DNA of 64,000 bases from Eledone cirrhosa (taxonomy: Eukaryota). The notes under the pieces are model-generated. The model saw nothing but the letters and a program-made list of their open reading frames with translations, was not told the origin of the DNA and ran no database searches. Position 1 is the first letter of the stretch. Each line of letters opens with the position of its first letter. This document shows, piece by piece, positions 50,100 through 63,682 of this stretch. The stretch covers positions 55,862,001 through 55,926,000 of the forward strand of contig OZ024741.1 of assembly GCA_964016885.1 (NCBI GenBank), in the 5' to 3' direction. The translations under genes were made by a program, and so were the position numbers.

Positions 50100-53000
50100 G
50101 CCTCGGCTATCACTCCTTAAGTTTAAACCTGGCTGCTTTCCGATATGCTAGATGGACTACAGAATTCTGGAGAGTCTGAAAAATCTGGACACTCAACGAC
50201 AATGTCAAAGATAAAGATAAATTCACCTCATGTTGCCGGACGAGAATGCAAGGACTTCTCTTTATTTCGGCCGCGGATAGCTAACATAACCCCATCTCTC
50301 TCACCCCTCCCTACACCTCATCCTTCCCACCCACCAAATGCAATCGAAAACTTCAGAGTTGGTACCATGAATGTAGGCACTTTAAAAGGTCGCTCTAACA
50401 AGGTTGTAGAGATGCTTGAACATAAGGAAGTTGATGTTTGCTGTGTTCAAGAGACCAGGTGGAGGGGTGGGTCTGCTAGATTCATTGTGGGTAAAATAAC
50501 GATGCTATAAACTTTTCTGGGTGGGAAATGACAATGGGCTGGGTGGAGTAGGAATCATGTTAGCAGAAAAATGGGTAGATAAGGTAATAGACGTAAATAG
50601 AGTGAACGACAGAATAATTAAAATAAGACTTGTCCTAAATAGAACTACTGTGACAATAATATCCGCGTATGTACCCCAATCCGGACTGCCTGGCGCTATA
50701 AAAGACAGATTCTATGAGTCGCTAATGCTCACTACCTCCCAAATAACCAACAGTGACTACATAATTATTGCTGGCGACCTAAATGGTCATGTTGGACAAC
50801 ATTGTGACGGCTATGATGGAATCCACGGAGGCTATGGGTTTGGTATTAGAAATGAGGAAGGCTCCAGAATCCTTGAATTCTGTGACGCTAATAACCTAAC
50901 TATCTGTAACACAAACTTCAAAAAACGAGACAATCACTTGATCACCTATAGATCAGGGGAACACGCCAGTCAGATAGATTATATCCTTACCAGAAGACGT
51001 GACAGAGTGTCTGTTGTAAACAGTAAATCCCTCACCCATGAAGAATGCACCTCCCAACATAGCCTCATAGTTAGCGACCTCATAGTCAGGACGAGACATA
51101 CTCAACAACAGAGGAGGACTACCCTAAGGAGAAGAATATGGAAATTAAAGGACCCCACAGCCAGTAACAATTTAAAAGCATATTACTTGATGCTTTTGAC
51201 AGTAAGGAAGAGCAATTAGAGACGTACAATATAGAGGAAAAGTGGGAATTCCTGAAAGCTAACCTGCTGAAGGTGACAGATGAAATCTGTGGCTGGAGCA
51301 GACCTATAGGCAGGAGGAGAGTAACATGGTGGTGGAACAGTAAGGTGGAGGAGTCAATCAAGGCCAAAAAGCAGGCTTGGAAAGTATGGCGGGATGGGGG
51401 AAGTAGAGAAGACTATCAAGTGGCCAGGAGGGAAGCTAGGAGACAAGTATACTTTGCAAGAAGGGATGCAGAGGAAAGAAAGTTCAAGCATGTTCTACAA
51501 CGTGAGGTGTTCAGGATTGCTAGGCAATGTGTCAAGGAAAACCGTGATATTGTCGGAGAGAAGTGCATCCGTAATGATGATGGTGTACTTGCCATCACTT
51601 ACTCTGATAAGAAGTAGCTTGGAAGTGTCACTACGAGAGGCTACTAAATGAGGAGAATAAATGGGAAAAAGATAGTCTGCCCCACATTGATCCAATAGAG
51701 TGACCAGCAGTGCAGGTTGAAGGTAGTATAATAAGTAAGGCAATCAAAGATATGAAGACAGGCAAGGCAGCTGGGCCTTCGGAGATAGTTGCTGAAATGG
51801 TGAAAGCATCTGGAACGGTGGGACACACTATGGTCACCCGGATAAGAAACCAAGTCATACAGAATGGGGTCATACCAAATGACTGGTGTAGCAGCATCAT
51901 CATTAACTGCTACAAAGGTAAAGGAGATGCCCTAGATAGGGGAAACAATAGAGGCATTAAATTAATTGACCAGGTCATGAAGGTCACAGAAAAAGTTATA
52001 GCGCAACTAATCAGAGAGCAAATTGATCTAGACGAAATGCAGTTTGGGTTTGTGTCAGGTAAAAGTACCAGACGCCCTTTTCCTTGTACGACAACTATAG
52101 GAGAAGTACCTAGCTAAAAGTAAACCCCTATACTTAGCTTTTGTTGACTTGGAGAAAGCACTTGACAGAGTCCCCCGTGCCATTATCTGGTGGGCCCTTA
52201 GAAAACTAGGGGTTGATGAATGGCTTGTGAGAGCTATACAAGCCATGTATAAAGAAACAGTCAGCAAGGTTAGAATTAACAACGAATATAGTGAAGAATT
52301 TAGCGTAAAAGTTGGTGTTCATCAGAGCTCTGTCCTTAGCCCCCTCCTATTTATTATTGTCCTTCAGGCTATAACAGAGGAGTTCAAGACCGGCTGCCCA
52401 TGGGAACTTCTCTATGCAGATGATCTAACGCTCATAGCTGAATCGATGGCTGAACTAGAGAAGAAATTCGAAACATGGAAGCATGGCCTAGAATCAAAAA
52501 GCCTTAAAGTTAACTTGTCTAAGACTAAAGTTCTAGTATGTATGAAGGAAAATAGGGCACAGGTCCCCTCTGGGAAATGGCCATGCTCAGTGTGTAGGAA
52601 AGAAGTAGGCAGAAATTCCATTTTATGTCCCAAATGCAAAGTATGGTAGCATAAAAGATGTAGTGGGATCACAGGTAAGCTATCTAAGAACGTAGATTTT
52701 ATATGTGGCCAGTGCTCAGGTGCAATAAGTAGCAAGTGCCCACAGGATACTAGTTCCTTCTATTGCCCAGATGGCTCTAGAAATAGTGGACACCTTCCGT
52801 TACCTGGGTGACAAAATCAGCAGTGGTGGAGGGTGCTCAGAAAGTACAGTAGCCAGAGTCAGAATGGGATGGAAAAAGTTCAGAGAGCTTATACCACTAT
52901 TGGCTGCTAAAGGTTTCTCTCTAAAAATGAAAGGCAAACTGTATGATGCCTGCATACGAACAGCTATGTTACATGGCAGTGAGACATGGGCATTGTGTGA

Positions 53001-53742
53001 AGACTAGAGAGGAACGAAGCTTGCATGCTCCGTTGGATGTGTAATAGTAATATACGTGAACAGCAAAGCATAAATGAACTAAGTGAGAAATTAGGTATAA
53101 GAGGGATCAGATGCTGTTTACTCAAGAGAAGACTACGTTGGTATGGTCACGTGATGCACATGAAAGATGACAGCTGTATAAAAAAGTGCAGGGCGATCAA
53201 AATAGACAGAAGTTACGGAGTAGGCAGACCCAGAAAAGCCGGGGACGATTTGATAAATTCCAACCTTACACACTTACACCTCTCTAAGACAATGTCACTG
53301 GACCGAGATCTTTGGCGCTATGCAGTAATACAGAAGACCCGCCTTACCTAAGTACAAAGCAAAACCTACAGTCAGTAGGCACCTCTTAATCAAATATACA
53401 CCCCCATCCCACTACCCCACCCCCATCAACACCACCTCTTTCTCTGTAAAGTTATGTTGGTACCACAACATCCAGTCCTAAATAAATAAGGTTGTGTAGG
53501 TGTCACGACAAAAAAAACACACAGTCCACGCTGTAATGTGGCCATATAGGTAACACGGTAAAAACCTCCCAGTCCACACTGTAAACGTGGTTGGTGTTAG
53601 GAAGGGCATCCAGCCGTAGAAAACCTGCCAGACAGTCCCATACGAGTGAGACACGGTCTCCCGACCAATCTTGCCTCAAGTGGGACAATTCCCGTCTAAA
53701 CCCATGCTAGTGTGGAAGATAGACATTAAACGATGATGATGA
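50100..53742 (+). mobile_element. Near full-length RTE LINE (APE endonuclease, RT, Cys-rich insertion), inactivated
   Basis: VGTMNVGTL..VQETRW, SAYVPQ, GDLNGHVG, QIDYIL, QFGF, DLEKALDRV, VHQSSVLSPLLF, LYADD, RYLGD; several frameshifts and stops; (GAT)n tail. Confidence 0.93.
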
Positions 53743-54025
53743 TATATATGTGTGGGTGTCTGTGTGTGTGTGTGTCTGTGTGTGTGTGTGTATGTGTGTG
53801 TATGTAGATATATTTATGTTTATAAATGTTTGTATGTATGTATGTGTATACGTACATCTTTATATAAGTGTGTGTGTGTATATATATCTGTATCCCTAAT
53901 TTTACGCATGTGTGCATCTATGTACATCTGATTCTGTGCATACATGTATTTTTTTCCATTATCTTATTTCAGCCTCACTTTCATTTATAATAGATTTTAA
54001 TTTTATAGCTTATATCCAAATAAAG

Positions 54026-54099
54026 ATTCCTTCTGATGAGCGATATCAGACGTTTCTGTTTAGAATCGTCTAACTTCGTGAAACCTTGGGTAATGGAAT
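54026..54099 (+). ncRNA. Hammerhead ribozyme candidate
   Basis: ATTCCTT-CTGATGA-GCGA..TCGT-GAAA-CC TTG GG-TA-ATGGAAT (GUA cleavage triplet). Confidence 0.65.
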
Positions 54100-54139
54100 A
54101 ATTATATTGTGTTATTTATTACATAATTAAATATATATA

Positions 54140-55543
54140 TTCCAAACATGGAAGCACGGCCTAGAATCAAAAGGCCTTAAAATTAACCTGGCTAAGACTA
54201 AAGTTCTAGTTTGTAAGAAAGAAAATAAGGCGACGGTCCCTTCCGGGAAGTGGCCATGCTCAGTGTGTAGGAAAGGCGTAGGTAGAAACTCCATTTTATG
54301 TCCCAAATGCAAATTATGGGTGCATAAAAGATGTAGTGGGATCACAGGTAAGCTAACTAAGAACATAGATTTTACATGTGGCCGGTGCTCTGGTGCAATA
54401 AGTAGCAGCAAGTGCCCACAAAATACTAGCTCTTTCAACTGCGCAGAGGGTTCTATAGAAATAGTGGACAGCTTCCGTTACCTGGGTGACAAAATCAGCA
54501 GTGGGGGAGGGTGCTCTGAAAGTACAGTAGCTAGAGTCAGAACTGGATGGAAAAAGTTCAGAGAGCTTATACCACTATTAGCCGCTAAAGGGTTCTCCCT
54601 AAAAATGAAAGGCAGGTTGTATGATGCCTGCATACGAACAGCAATGTTGCATGGCAGTGAGACCTGGGCATTGTGTGCAGAGGATATACGCAGACTAGAG
54701 AGGAACGAAGCTTGCATGCTCCGCTGGATGTGTAATAGTAATATACGTGAACAGCAAAGCATAAACGAACTAAGGAAAAAATTAGAAATAAGAGGGATCA
54801 GATGTTGTTTACTCGAGAGAAGGCTACGTTGGTATGGTCACGTGATGCGCATGAAAGACGATAGCTGTATAACAAAGTGCAGGGCAATAAAGATAGACGG
54901 TAGCCACGGAATAGGCAGACCCAGAAAAACCTGGGACGAGCTGATAAATTCCGACCTCACACACTTACACCTCTCCAAGACAATGTCACTGGACCGAGAC
55001 CTTTGACGGTACTCAGTAATAGAGAAGACCCGCCTTACCTAAATACAAAGTAAAACCTACTACAGTCAGTAGGCATCTCTAACAAAATACACCCCCGTCC
55101 CACCACCCCCACCCCATCCACACCGCCCCTTTCAATGTAAAGTTATGTTGGTGCCACAAAATCCAGGCTGAAACAAATGAGATCGTGTAGGTGTCACGAA
55201 AAAAAAACACACAGTCCACGCTGTAATGTGACCGTGTAGGCAACACGGTAAAAACGTCCCAGTCCCACACTGTAAATGTGGTTGGTGTTAGGAAGGGCAT
55301 CCAGCTGTAGAAAACCCGCCAGACAGTCCACGCTGTAATGTGGCCGTGTAGGCAACATGGTAAAAACCTCCCAGCCCCACACTGTAAATGTGGTTGGTGT
55401 TAGGAAGGGCATCCAGCTGTAGAAAACCCGCCAGATAGTCCTATGCGAGCAAGATAATCACTCTTGCCTCAAGTGGGAAAACCCCCGTCCAAACCCATGC
55501 AAGCGTGGAACACAGACGTTAAACGTTGATGATGATGATGATG
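54140..55543 (+). mobile_element. 5'-truncated RTE LINE copy (young subfamily)
   Basis: ORF 54263-55006; nearly identical to the 38901 and 60622 copies. Confidence 0.92.
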
Positions 55544-56444
55544 ATATATACATTTTTTTTCAACCCATCTAGTCACAATGACAATACGCCCATCCCATAC
55601 AAGCATGGAAAGCAGATATAAAATAACGACATATGCACAGCAGACACACACTCATGTATAAGTGCATGCATGAGTATATTTATTGTTTGTATAGTGGTTC
55701 TATGAATTGAGGTCGATAAAATAAGTACAGTCATTACAGAATATTAGCTAATAGCTATATATCTTTTTGTGCTAAATGATTACAATATGTTAAGAGCTAA
55801 TAGAGCTATAAATATCATCCTCGGAAAAATACACATTCTAGGCTAAACCTTATAAGGTTGGCAATGTATGTTTTATTAAAGGCGTCTAAATATCTGATGG
55901 TTTGTGGAGTGTTGTGCTTAGAAAGACCGATATAGAATCTCCTCATCATCAGAGGAAATGAATACACATTCTCACTTAATCCTTGAAATATTTATTGTAA
56001 GTTTTATTATAACAGGTCTCTTCACATCTATATACTTGCTTAAGTGTTTGTATGTTTAAAATACCCACATAAAATCAATGACATGTAGTGCATGCATGTG
56101 TATATATATATATATGTGTGTATGTGCGTGTGTCTTCGTATATATATGCATGTGTATATATATATATATATATATATGTGGTCATACAGATAATTGAGAT
56201 GAGAGAAGCCCTTACAATATTGCTTGACATGCTAGATAGCAGCATAATTGCCCTAGTAAAGTGTCACGACAAAAAGCACCCAGCCCACACTGTAAATTGG
56301 TTGTCTAGGTGTCACAACAAAAAGCACGCAGCCCACACTGTAAAATGGTCGTATAGTATGTCTGGTAGCCCAGATTGAGATGCATAAGCAAATATAACTG
56401 AAACGGTTGTTCTATTTAGCACTAATATAGTTTTAATGATTCAG

Positions 56445-57120
56445 TCATTAGCAGAAAAATGGATAGATAAGATAATTGCTGTAAATAGAATGAATGACAG
56501 AATCATCTAAACTAGACTAGTACTAAATAAAACAACCATGTCAGTTATATCTGCTTATACACCCCACTCTGGGCTAGCAGACGTACTAAAAGACAGGTTA
56601 TATGAGTCCCTAATGCACTCTACTTCCCAAATAAGCAACGGTGACTTCATAATCATTGCGGGTGACTTTAATGAGCATGTCGGACAACATTGTGATGACT
56701 TTGATAGGATCCACAGGTGTTATGGGTTTGATACTAGAAATGAGGGCGGTCTCAGACTCCTGGAATTCTGTGATCCCAATAATTTATCAACCTGTAACAT
56801 GAACTTCATAAAACAAGATAATCACCTAGAGATCAAGGGAGCATACCAGTCAGATAGATTTTATCCAAACCTGAAAGCATGACCTAGAATCAAAAGGTCT
56901 TAAAGTTAACTTGTCAAAGACTAAAGTCTTAGTATATAGAAAGGAAAACAGGGCCTTGATTCCCTCGGAGAAATGACCATGCTCAGTGTACAGGAAAGGA
57001 GTAAATGCAAGCTATGGATACACAAAAGATGTAGTGGAATCACAGGCAGGCTATCAAAGAACATAGGTTTTATATGCAGCTGATGCAAAGATGGAGTAAG
57101 TAGCAAAAGCCCACGGAATA
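56445..57120 (+). mobile_element. Internally deleted RTE remnant (APE joined to post-RT region)
   Basis: SAYTPH, GDFNEHVG, then LESKGLKVNLSKTK. Confidence 0.75.
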
Positions 57121-57390
57121 TATTAGTGTTTGTATGTCTTGTGGGTGTGTGTTTGTGTGGGATGGTGTGCGTGTGTGTGGGATGTGTGTGTTTGTCTCCA
57201 TATGTACCATTATGGTGACACTATGCCATTTTACTTTCAACTGATGAAAATCAACAAAATACCTTCCTTAAAAACTAGTAAATGTTGTTTTCTGGAAGGG
57301 TATCTGACCATAAAACATCTCTACTAACCTATACTAAAATGTAACAGTGAGCATGATAATGAGGATGCTGATGAAGATTAGCAAACTGAC

Positions 57391-57518
57391 CTTATCAGAG
57401 AAGACAATCTTCCCTAATGATGATCGCTGGATTTCTCCACTTGGAGCCAAAATCTCCTTTCCAAAATATTCCACAATTTTATTGTAGACAGGGGTATCTT
57501 TGCAGTACACTTGATGAC
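57391..57518 (-). CDS. COASY: CoA synthase (dephospho-CoA kinase domain), internal exon
   Basis: TAG acceptor, GTCAGT donor; encodes (G)HQVYCKDTPVYNKIVEYFGKEILAPSGEIQRSSLGKIVFSDK, resembling human COASY [43 protein letters not shown] (recalled). Upstream exons were not found in this window. Confidence 0.93.
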
Positions 57519-58165
57519 CTATGAAGTAAATATGTATACGTATATATATATAATCATCATCACCGTTTAACGTCCATTTTTCCATGCTAGCATGAGTTAA
57601 ACAAGTTGTTCTGTTGTGAGAGAAGTCAGATCAAGTGACTGTATCTTGCTAATACAGAACTATTTCTGGCTTGGTTCTGTGGCTAGATGCCCTTCCTAAT
57701 GTCAACCTTTACAGTATGGAGTGGGTGATTTTTTTCAAGGCACCAAAATGACCACTTGACAGGTTGGACTGGGTGCCTTTTGTTAAGTCACCAACATGAC
57801 CACTTTACAGTGTGGATTTGCCTTCTGTGCATACCTTCTCTTCTTGGCTAATATGTTGGGCTTTGTTTCTATCTCTTCTTCTCAGTTGCAGCACATTGGT
57901 TTGTAGCAAATTTTATTTATTTTTAAATAGTTGAAAAACCAATTATCCTGTCTTGCATCCATTTGTTATTGTCCCATGTACACTGGAGCTAGTAGTATTG
58001 ACCATAAAAACCGAAACTACAATGACCTCCAGTAGTTAACTGATGAGAAGGGACTCTAATGTGTTTCATCCATTTTCCGTTGTCTTTACCCATTATGTTT
58101 GATTCATTGTATGACCTTAGCCATGCAGGACACGGTTTCAAATTGATATATATGTGTGTGTGTGC

Positions 58166-58278
<113 letters not shown>

Positions 58279-58310
58279 TATACATATATATATTATATAT
58301 ATATACATAC

Positions 58311-58344
<34 letters not shown>

Positions 58345-58345
<1 letters not shown>

Positions 58346-58563
58346 GTTTACTCAGCTGTAGAAATGAGATGATAGGGACTGGGATCCATATCATTCCACT
58401 GCAAAGTGGTCGTGGAGGTGCCACGGCAAAAAAGCACCCAGCACTCACTGTAAATGAGGTTGGTGTTAGGAAGGGCATCCAGCTGTAGAAATCCAGCCAG
58501 CATCAGTTCCCGTCCCACCCTTGCAAGCAGGGAAAAAGCGGACGTAAAATGAAATGATGATGA
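58345..58563 (+). mobile_element. SINE family A, 3' half
   Basis: Same sequence as ~63072-63290. Confidence 0.8.
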
Positions 58564-58579
58564 TATATATATATATATA

Positions 58580-59885
58580 CAGGGTGTTCGGGATAAATTT
58601 GACAGAATAATATTTGGTTGTTTTTTCAGATGTTTTAAATTCATTCATGCCCACTAGGCTTTATTTGAAAGTTTAAACCCTCCTTCATTCATATATGTGA
58701 TAACAACGAGAATGGATGACTGGGAGCCACCTGAATCATGGAAGAGAATAACTTGTATCATGATGATTCGCGCCAGCCATTAAAATAAGGAGATTATGGT
58801 CGCTGCTCAATGCTCCCTGAACACTGTAAAAACAATCCGGCATGAACTGGAGAATTGCAATGGAGACTACGAGGCTGTGGCTAGAAGAAAGAAACATAAC
58901 AGAAGATCTGATTGCTCTCGCACAGCAGAATTCATCGAAAATCTGCAGAAAAAAGTGTTGGGGGACCCTGGCATCGGAATTCGGTTTTTGTCGCGTGAAT
59001 TGAATGTTTCAGCCTCTACTATGAAAATTGCACTCAATGAAGACCTTCGCTACTACTCATACAAGCGTCGCAGAGGTCAACTTCTCACAGAAAAGGCCCG
59101 CGAAAATAGTCTGACAAAGGCGAAGAAACTTCTGAGCAAAGTGAAACATCCTGCTGAAGCACAAACAATCTGGTTCTTTTCCGATGAGAAAAACTTTTGC
59201 CAAAATCAAAAACACAACACGCAGAATAACAGATGACTTGCATACAGTCCAAAGGACACTCCTCGAGTCATGCAGAGTAAATTTTCACAAACTGTCATGG
59301 TTTTTGGATGTGCGTCCTCCGAGGGTGATGTGATGCCTCCGCATTTTTTCAAACAGGGTCTCAGGTTGAATTCAGATGCCTACGTGGAATTGCTAACCAC
59401 TGTAGTTAAGCCCTGGATAACAAGGGTATCAAATAATAGGCCGTATGTATGGCAGCAGGATTCGGCCCCCTGCCACACCTCGGGGAAAAGTCAAAAATGG
59501 TTGTCAGCCAATTTTTACGACTACACCAGTCCCAATGTTTGGCCTCCGAACTCCCCTGATCTTAACCCGATGGACTATTATGTATGGGGCGCTGTAGAGA
59601 AAGACACCAATCGCCGTGCCAGTACTACAAAAGCCCAGTTAATCGACAGAATTAAAGTAGTTTTTGAGGGCCTTCCCAGGGAAAGTGTAAAATCAGCTTG
59701 CTCCAGGTTCCGGGCCCGGATTGAGGCTGTAATAGACGCTAATGGCGGTTATTTTGAGTAAAACTCTTTGACAATAGCGTAATTTCCTTGTCCATTGAAT
59801 TTCTTTTAAATCAAATAAATTTTGTAGATACCAAGCACTTTTTCATTTTCCTGATGAAACTGTCAAATTTATCCCGAACACCCTG
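58580..59885 (+). mobile_element. Tc1/mariner DD37D (maT) transposon, full length, with nonsense mutations
   Basis: Perfect 26-bp TIR CAGGGTGTTCGGGATAAATTTGACAG, TA flanks; FSDEK, QQDSAPCH, SPDLNPMDY with 37 residues between the last two Asp; stops near 58781 and 59234. Confidence 0.93.
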
Positions 59886-59929
59886 TATATATATATATAT
59901 ACATACATATATATACATATCTACATATA

Positions 59930-59961
<32 letters not shown>

Positions 59962-59989
59962 CATACATATATATATATACGTACACAAA

Positions 59990-60460
59990 CATTCTATGAC
60001 TAAGAAGAATCTCTCGAATACAACAACTCTCGCCAATAAAATCTGGCAACTCAAGAATGCAAACATAGAATATGAAATCAGCTGGACAAAACTGTCAAAA
60101 GCAAGGGCCTTTCAAATTTGTATGTCCCACTGGAGTCTCTGTAATATGGAACTTTTCCAAATTCTAAATTTCAGCAAAATTCTTCTTAACAGTAGAATTG
60201 AACGAATTATTTTTTGTCAGCATAAATCAGCAACAAAATTCAAGAACTTTAGACCAACTTAATCCCATCTTATCAATCCCAGTTTTAAATCAACATATGT
60301 TGATTTAAAACTGCACTATCCACAAGTGTTTTTTAGCCTTCATATCATGTTCTCCTGTTTTATCTGATGAAAACACAAATATTATTGCATGATGATGTTT
60401 GTTTTTGAAATGCGCATAATAAAATACATGGAACTCCTTTAACCATCTTTTGATCTTATA
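59990..60460 (+). mobile_element. Penelope-like 3' fragment with hammerhead at 60358-60424
   Basis: TTLANKIWQLKNANIEYEISW..SLCNME; the hammerhead is almost identical to 11104-11170. Confidence 0.8.
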
Positions 60461-60470
60461 TTATATATAC

Positions 60471-60507
<37 letters not shown>

Positions 60508-60621
60508 CATACATACATATATATATACATACATATATATATATATATATACATACATATATATATATACATATACATACATATACATATATATACATAT
60601 ATATATATATATACATATATA

Positions 60622-61803
60622 TCATCATCATCATCAACGTTTAACGTCCGTGTTCCACGCTTGCATGGGTTTGGACGGGGGTTTTCCCACTTGAGGCAAG
60701 AGTGATTATCTTGCTCGCATAGGACTATCTGGCGGGTTTTCTACAGCTGGATGCCCTTCCTAACACCAACCACATTTACAGTGTGGGGCTGGGAGGTTTT
60801 TACCGTGTTGCCTACACGGCCACATTGCAGCGTGGACTGTCTGGCGGGTTTTCTACAGCTGGATGCCCTTCCTAACACCAACCACATTTACAGTGTGGAG
60901 CTGGGAGGTTTTTACCGTGTTGCCTACACGGCCACATTACAGCGTGAAATGTGTGTTTTTTGACGTGACACCTACACGATCTCATTTGTTTCGGCCTGGA
61001 TGTTGTGGCACCAACATAACTTTACATTGAAAGGGGCGGTGTGGATGGGTGGGGGTAGTGGGACGGGGGTGTATTTTGTTAGAGATGCCTACTGACTGTA
61101 GCAGGTTTTACTTTGTATTTAGGTAAGGCGGGTCTTCTCTATTACTGAGTACCGCCAAAGGTCTCGGTCCAGTGACATTGTCTTGGTGAGGTGCAAGTGT
61201 GTGAGGTCGGAATTTATCAGCTCGTCCCAGGTTTTTCTGGGTCTGCCTATTCCGTGGCTACCGTCTATCTTTATTGCCCTGCACTTTGTTATACAGCTAT
61301 CGTCCTTCATGCGCATCACGTGACCATACCAACGTAGCCTTCTCTCGAGTAAACAACATCTGATCCCTCTTATTTCTAATTTTTTCCTTAGTTCGTTTAT
61401 GCTTTGCCGTTCACGTATATTACTATTACACATCCAGCGGAGCATGCAAGCTTCGTTTCTCTCTAGTCTGCGTATATCCTCTGCACACAATGCCCAGGTC
61501 TCACTGCCATGCAACATTGCTGTTCGTATGCAGGCATCATACAACCTGCCTTTCATTTTTAGGGAGAACCCTTTAGCGGCTAATAGTGGTATAAGTTCTC
61601 TGAACTTTTTCCATCCAGTTCTGACTCTAGCTACTGTACTTTCAGAGCACCCTCCCCCACTGCTGATTTTGTCACCCAGGTAACGGAAGCTGTCCACTAT
61701 TTCTATAGAACCCTCTGCGCAATTGAAAGAGCTAGTATTTTGTGGGCACTTGCTGCTACTTATTGCACCAGAGCACCGGCCACATGTAAAATCTATGTTC
61801 TTA
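60622..61803 (-). mobile_element. 5'-truncated RTE LINE copy
   Basis: Open frame 61119-61803 of the young subfamily. Confidence 0.92.
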
Positions 61804-61829
61804 TATATATATACATATATATATATACA

Positions 61830-62802
61830 TACATGTGGCCGGTGCTCAGGTGCAATAAGTAGCAAGCGCCCACAGGATACTAGCTCCTTCTATTGCCCAG
61901 ATGGCTCTATAGAAATAGTGGACACCTTCCGATACCTGGGTGACAAAATCAGCAATGGTAGAGGGTGCTCTGAAAGTACAGTAGCTAGAGTCAGAACAGG
62001 ATGGAAAAAGTTCAGAGAGCTTATACCACTATTGGCTGCTAAAGGTTTCTCTCTAAAAATGAAAGGCAGACTGTATGATGCCTGCATACGAACAGCTATG
62101 TTACATGGCAGTGAGACATGGGCATTGTGTGCAGAGGATCTGCGCAGACTGGATGTGTAATAGTAATATACGTGAACAGCAAAGCATAAATGAACTAAGT
62201 GAGAAATTAGGTATAAGAGGGATCAGATGCTGTTTACTCAAGAGAAGACTACGTTGGTATGGTCACGTGATGCACATGAAAGACGACAGTTGTATAAAAA
62301 AGTGCAGGGCAATCAAAATTGACAGAAGTTATGGAGTAGGAAGACCCAGAAAAGCCGGGGACGATTTGATAAATTCCAACCTTACACACTTACACCTCTC
62401 TAAGACAATGTCACTGGACCGAGATCTTTGGCGCCACGCAGTAATACAGAAAATCCGCCTTGCCTAAGTACAAAGTGAAACCTACAGTCAGTAGGCATCT
62501 CTTAACCAAATATATGTTCGTACCACAACATCCAGTCCTAAATAAATGAGGTCGTGTAGGTGTCACGACAAAAAAAACACACGTCCACGCTGTAATGTGG
62601 CCGTGTAGGTAACACCGTAAAAACCTCCCAGTCCACACTGTAAACTTGGTTGGTATAAGGAAGGGCATCGAGCCGTAGAAAACCTGCCAGACAGTCCCAT
62701 ACGAGCAAGACGACCAATCTTGCCTCAAGTGGGACAATTGCCCTCTAAACCCATGCTAGCGTGGAAGATAGACGCTAAATGATGATGATGATGATGATGA
62801 TG
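61830..62802 (+). mobile_element. 5'-truncated RTE LINE copy, head-to-head with the previous one
   Basis: ORFs 61830-62160 and 62150-62467; (GAT)n tail. Confidence 0.9.
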
Positions 62803-62949
62803 TCATCAACATCATCATCATTTAACGTCTATCTTCCACGCTAGCATGGGTTAGACGGGAGTTGTCCCAATTTGAGGCAAGGTTGGTCGGGTGACCGTGT
62901 CTCGCTCGTATATATATATACATATATATATATATACATATATATATAT

Positions 62950-63285
62950 GGAGGCACATGGCTTAGTGGTTAGAGCATTGACCTTGCAATCAAAAGGTTG
63001 TGAGTTCAATTCTCAGACCGGGTGATGTGTTGTTTCCTTGAGCAAGACACTTTATTTCACATTGCTCCAATTTACTCAGCTGTAGAAATGAGATGCTAGG
63101 GACTGGGATCCATATCATTCCACTGCAAAGTGGCCGTGGAGGTGCCATAGCAAAAAAGCACCCAGCACTCACTGTAAATGAGGTTGGTGTTAGGAAGGGC
63201 ATCCAGTTGTAGAAATCAAGCCAGAATCAGTTCCCGTCCCACCCTTGCAAGCAGGGAAAAGCAGACGTAAAAATGATGATGATGA

Positions 63286-63290
<5 letters not shown>
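62950..63290 (+). mobile_element. SINE family A: tRNA head, CORE/V-like body, RTE-derived 3' tail
   Basis: A-box TGGCTTAGTGG, B-box GAGTTCAATTC; tail GGTTGGTGTTAGGAAGGGCATCCAG..(GAT)n shared with the RTE copies. Confidence 0.88.
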
Positions 63291-63368
<78 letters not shown>

Positions 63369-63682
63369 ACCTAAAAACAGTTATAGAACATTAGTAAAAG
63401 AGACATTAAAGAGCAGTGTGACTGGATGACATGATACAAAGTGTTGATTAGTCACTGAAGCAATTATATATAATGGAAAAGTGGAATGGGTAAAGATAAG
63501 TAATATGTGTGAGAAAAGAGACAGATTGATTAGAGAGAGAAAAGTGAAAGAAAGAGAGAAAGATGAGGAATTCGAGAACAACTACCTACCCAATAGGAGG
63601 CTTGAATGAACTGGGGCTGTGAATTCGATAAATATCAAATTTGAATATTTGATGAAAGATATGTATGTGTGTTTGTGGGAGT

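Noticed and set aside
55890-55960. Minus-strand CTGATGA hammerhead candidate
   Set aside because: No matching GAAA, stem III or stem I found.
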